Shown piece by piece: positions 62,500-64,000 of a stretch of DNA of 64,000 nt. Each line of letters opens with the position of its first letter. The stretch's first letter is position 1. Under the pieces are notes generated by a model. The model saw only the letters and a list, made by a program, of their open reading frames with translations, searched no databases and was not told where the DNA came from. Source of the DNA: Octopus sinensis (lineage: Eukaryota); NCBI RefSeq assembly GCF_006345805.1, contig NC_043000.1:60698001-60762000 (forward strand). The letters run 5' to 3'. The position numbers and the translations under genes were made by a program.

Positions 62500-63880
62500 A
62501 AAAGGAAAATGGTAAATTCCCTATATATGAAGTGTTACTGCAAAAATATGGATACTCATTTCACCATTATATAAGAGAGAACTGGAAATAATAACTGGAT
62601 AACAGCTTTATCATTTGGAAGGATACCATTGATAAACTTTGGGAATTCATTCAAATCAATACTAAATAATATAAACCATAACATTCAATTCACAATGGAA
62701 TGTAGCAAAGAACAGCTCCCTTTCTTGGATATTCTTTTCTACTTTAGGCACAAGGCCTGGAATTTTGGGGGAGGGGCTAGTTGATTAGATCGACCCCAAT
62801 ACACAACTAGTACTTAATTTAACGACCCTAAAAGGATGAAAGGCAAAGTTGATCTTAGCAGAACTCAGAAAGTAAAGACAGATGAAATAGCATTAAGCAT
62901 TTCGCCCTGTGTGCTAACATTTCTTCCAGCTCGTCGCCTTCCCTTTCTTGAATATTATGATAAAAAAAGTTGACAACCAAATTATAACTGACATTTATCA
63001 TTAACCAACAGACTTGAAGCAATATCTTCTATTTAGCTCATATCACCCGAAACACACCAAAAGAAATATCCCCTTTAATTTAGCAAAAAAGATTTGCACT
63101 ATAGTGTCCGACAGAAATACTCAGGACCTTTGTTTTCAAGGCCTCAGAACAATACTAACTGAAAGACAATATCCACCCTCACTTATAGATGATGAAATTA
63201 AGCTCGCCAAGAAATTAGACATTAAAACACCAAGAGCAACAAAACGTAACACCACACCTCATCTCAAAACACTACTGCATATATCAACTCACAACCATAG
63301 AAACAATGAGGCATACAACACTATTGTACAAAATGTACCTATGCTCACTAGAAATCCAAAAATTAACAACATTCTCTAAACACATGAATTCACCAAATGC
63401 AAAAAGCAACACAAATTACTAAAAAGACTTCTAACAGATGTGAAGCTTTACACAACAACCATGAAACCAACAGTTAAAAAGTGTGAACACCTAAATTGTG
63501 GAACATGCCCCAACCTACTGGAAAGTTCAGAGTTCCTAGTCAAACAAGAAGAGAAGTTCACAATTAAAAACAACTTCACTTGTGCTCCCAAGAATCTAAT
63601 TTACCTTATACCTTGTTCAGGTTGTGGACATAACTATATAGAACAGATAAGTATGACACTGAGACAGAGAACCACACTACATAAGGAACAGATCTGGTCC
63701 CCACAATACAGACAAATTCCTTTGAGTGAACACATGGAAAGATATGCAGGTAATATCCAACCAAACTTTACAGTTTTCCCCATCTATCAGTGCAAAGAAA
63801 CAATTACTATACAAGAACGTTTAAATAAAGAAAATTTGTTCATTGAAAAATACAGAACATGTCTAAATATGAACACATAA
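62500..63880 (+). mobile_element. Penelope-like element (RT thumb plus GIY-YIG), interrupted by a SINE
   Basis: IQFTME.SKEQLPFLDI, HPKHTKRNIPFNLA, C...NCGTC and FTC.PKNLIYLI.CSGCG.NYI.Q...LRQR..LH motifs. Confidence 0.9.
62734..62940 (-). mobile_element. Family-A SINE inserted into the PLE with a 16-bp TSD
   Basis: ccctttcttggatatt (62718-62733) and ccctttcttgaatatt (62941-62956) flank it. Confidence 0.9.
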
Positions 63881-64000
63881 CCAACTTTGATCTCAGTATA
63901 TATTTTAATTCATGATCACATACCCATCACTATACATATTTCTTCTCACTACTTCAGCTTTTGAGTTTTTGTGTATATTTATCCCTTCCCTGAAAGATAA

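Noticed and set aside
60220-64000. Further upstream DPP4 exon ending in YPK
   Set aside because: Not found; the region is filled by SINE, LINE and PLE remnants, so the exon probably lies beyond the window.

Overview
AT-rich, microsatellite-rich eukaryotic genomic DNA. The repeat landscape suggests a coleoid cephalopod, probably Octopus; this is inferred from recalled repeat families and not verified. The window holds the 3' 16 coding exons (60219 to stop at 12067, minus strand, 531 aa; the 5' exons lie beyond the window end) of a dipeptidyl peptidase 4 (S9B) family gene. All splice phases are compatible, all introns are GT-AG, and the catalytic triad is intact (GW|SYGG Ser, HGTAD|DNV Asp, DEQH His). 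A long 3' UTR is likely. The introns are filled with tRNA-derived SINEs, CR1-, RTE- and R4/Dong-type LINE pieces, three Penelope-like element (PLE) remnants, a DD37D (maT) Tc1/mariner fossil, piggyBac/hAT/mariner MITEs and a Helitron-like element. Two observations stand out. First, six sequence-unrelated intronic palindromes each carry a minimal type-I hammerhead ribozyme motif, always pointing outward from the palindrome centre, and there are two further hammerhead remnants outside palindromes. Second, a pair of roughly 95% identical 1.1-kb CR1 LINE copies in inverted orientation brackets the exon encoding the catalytic serine.
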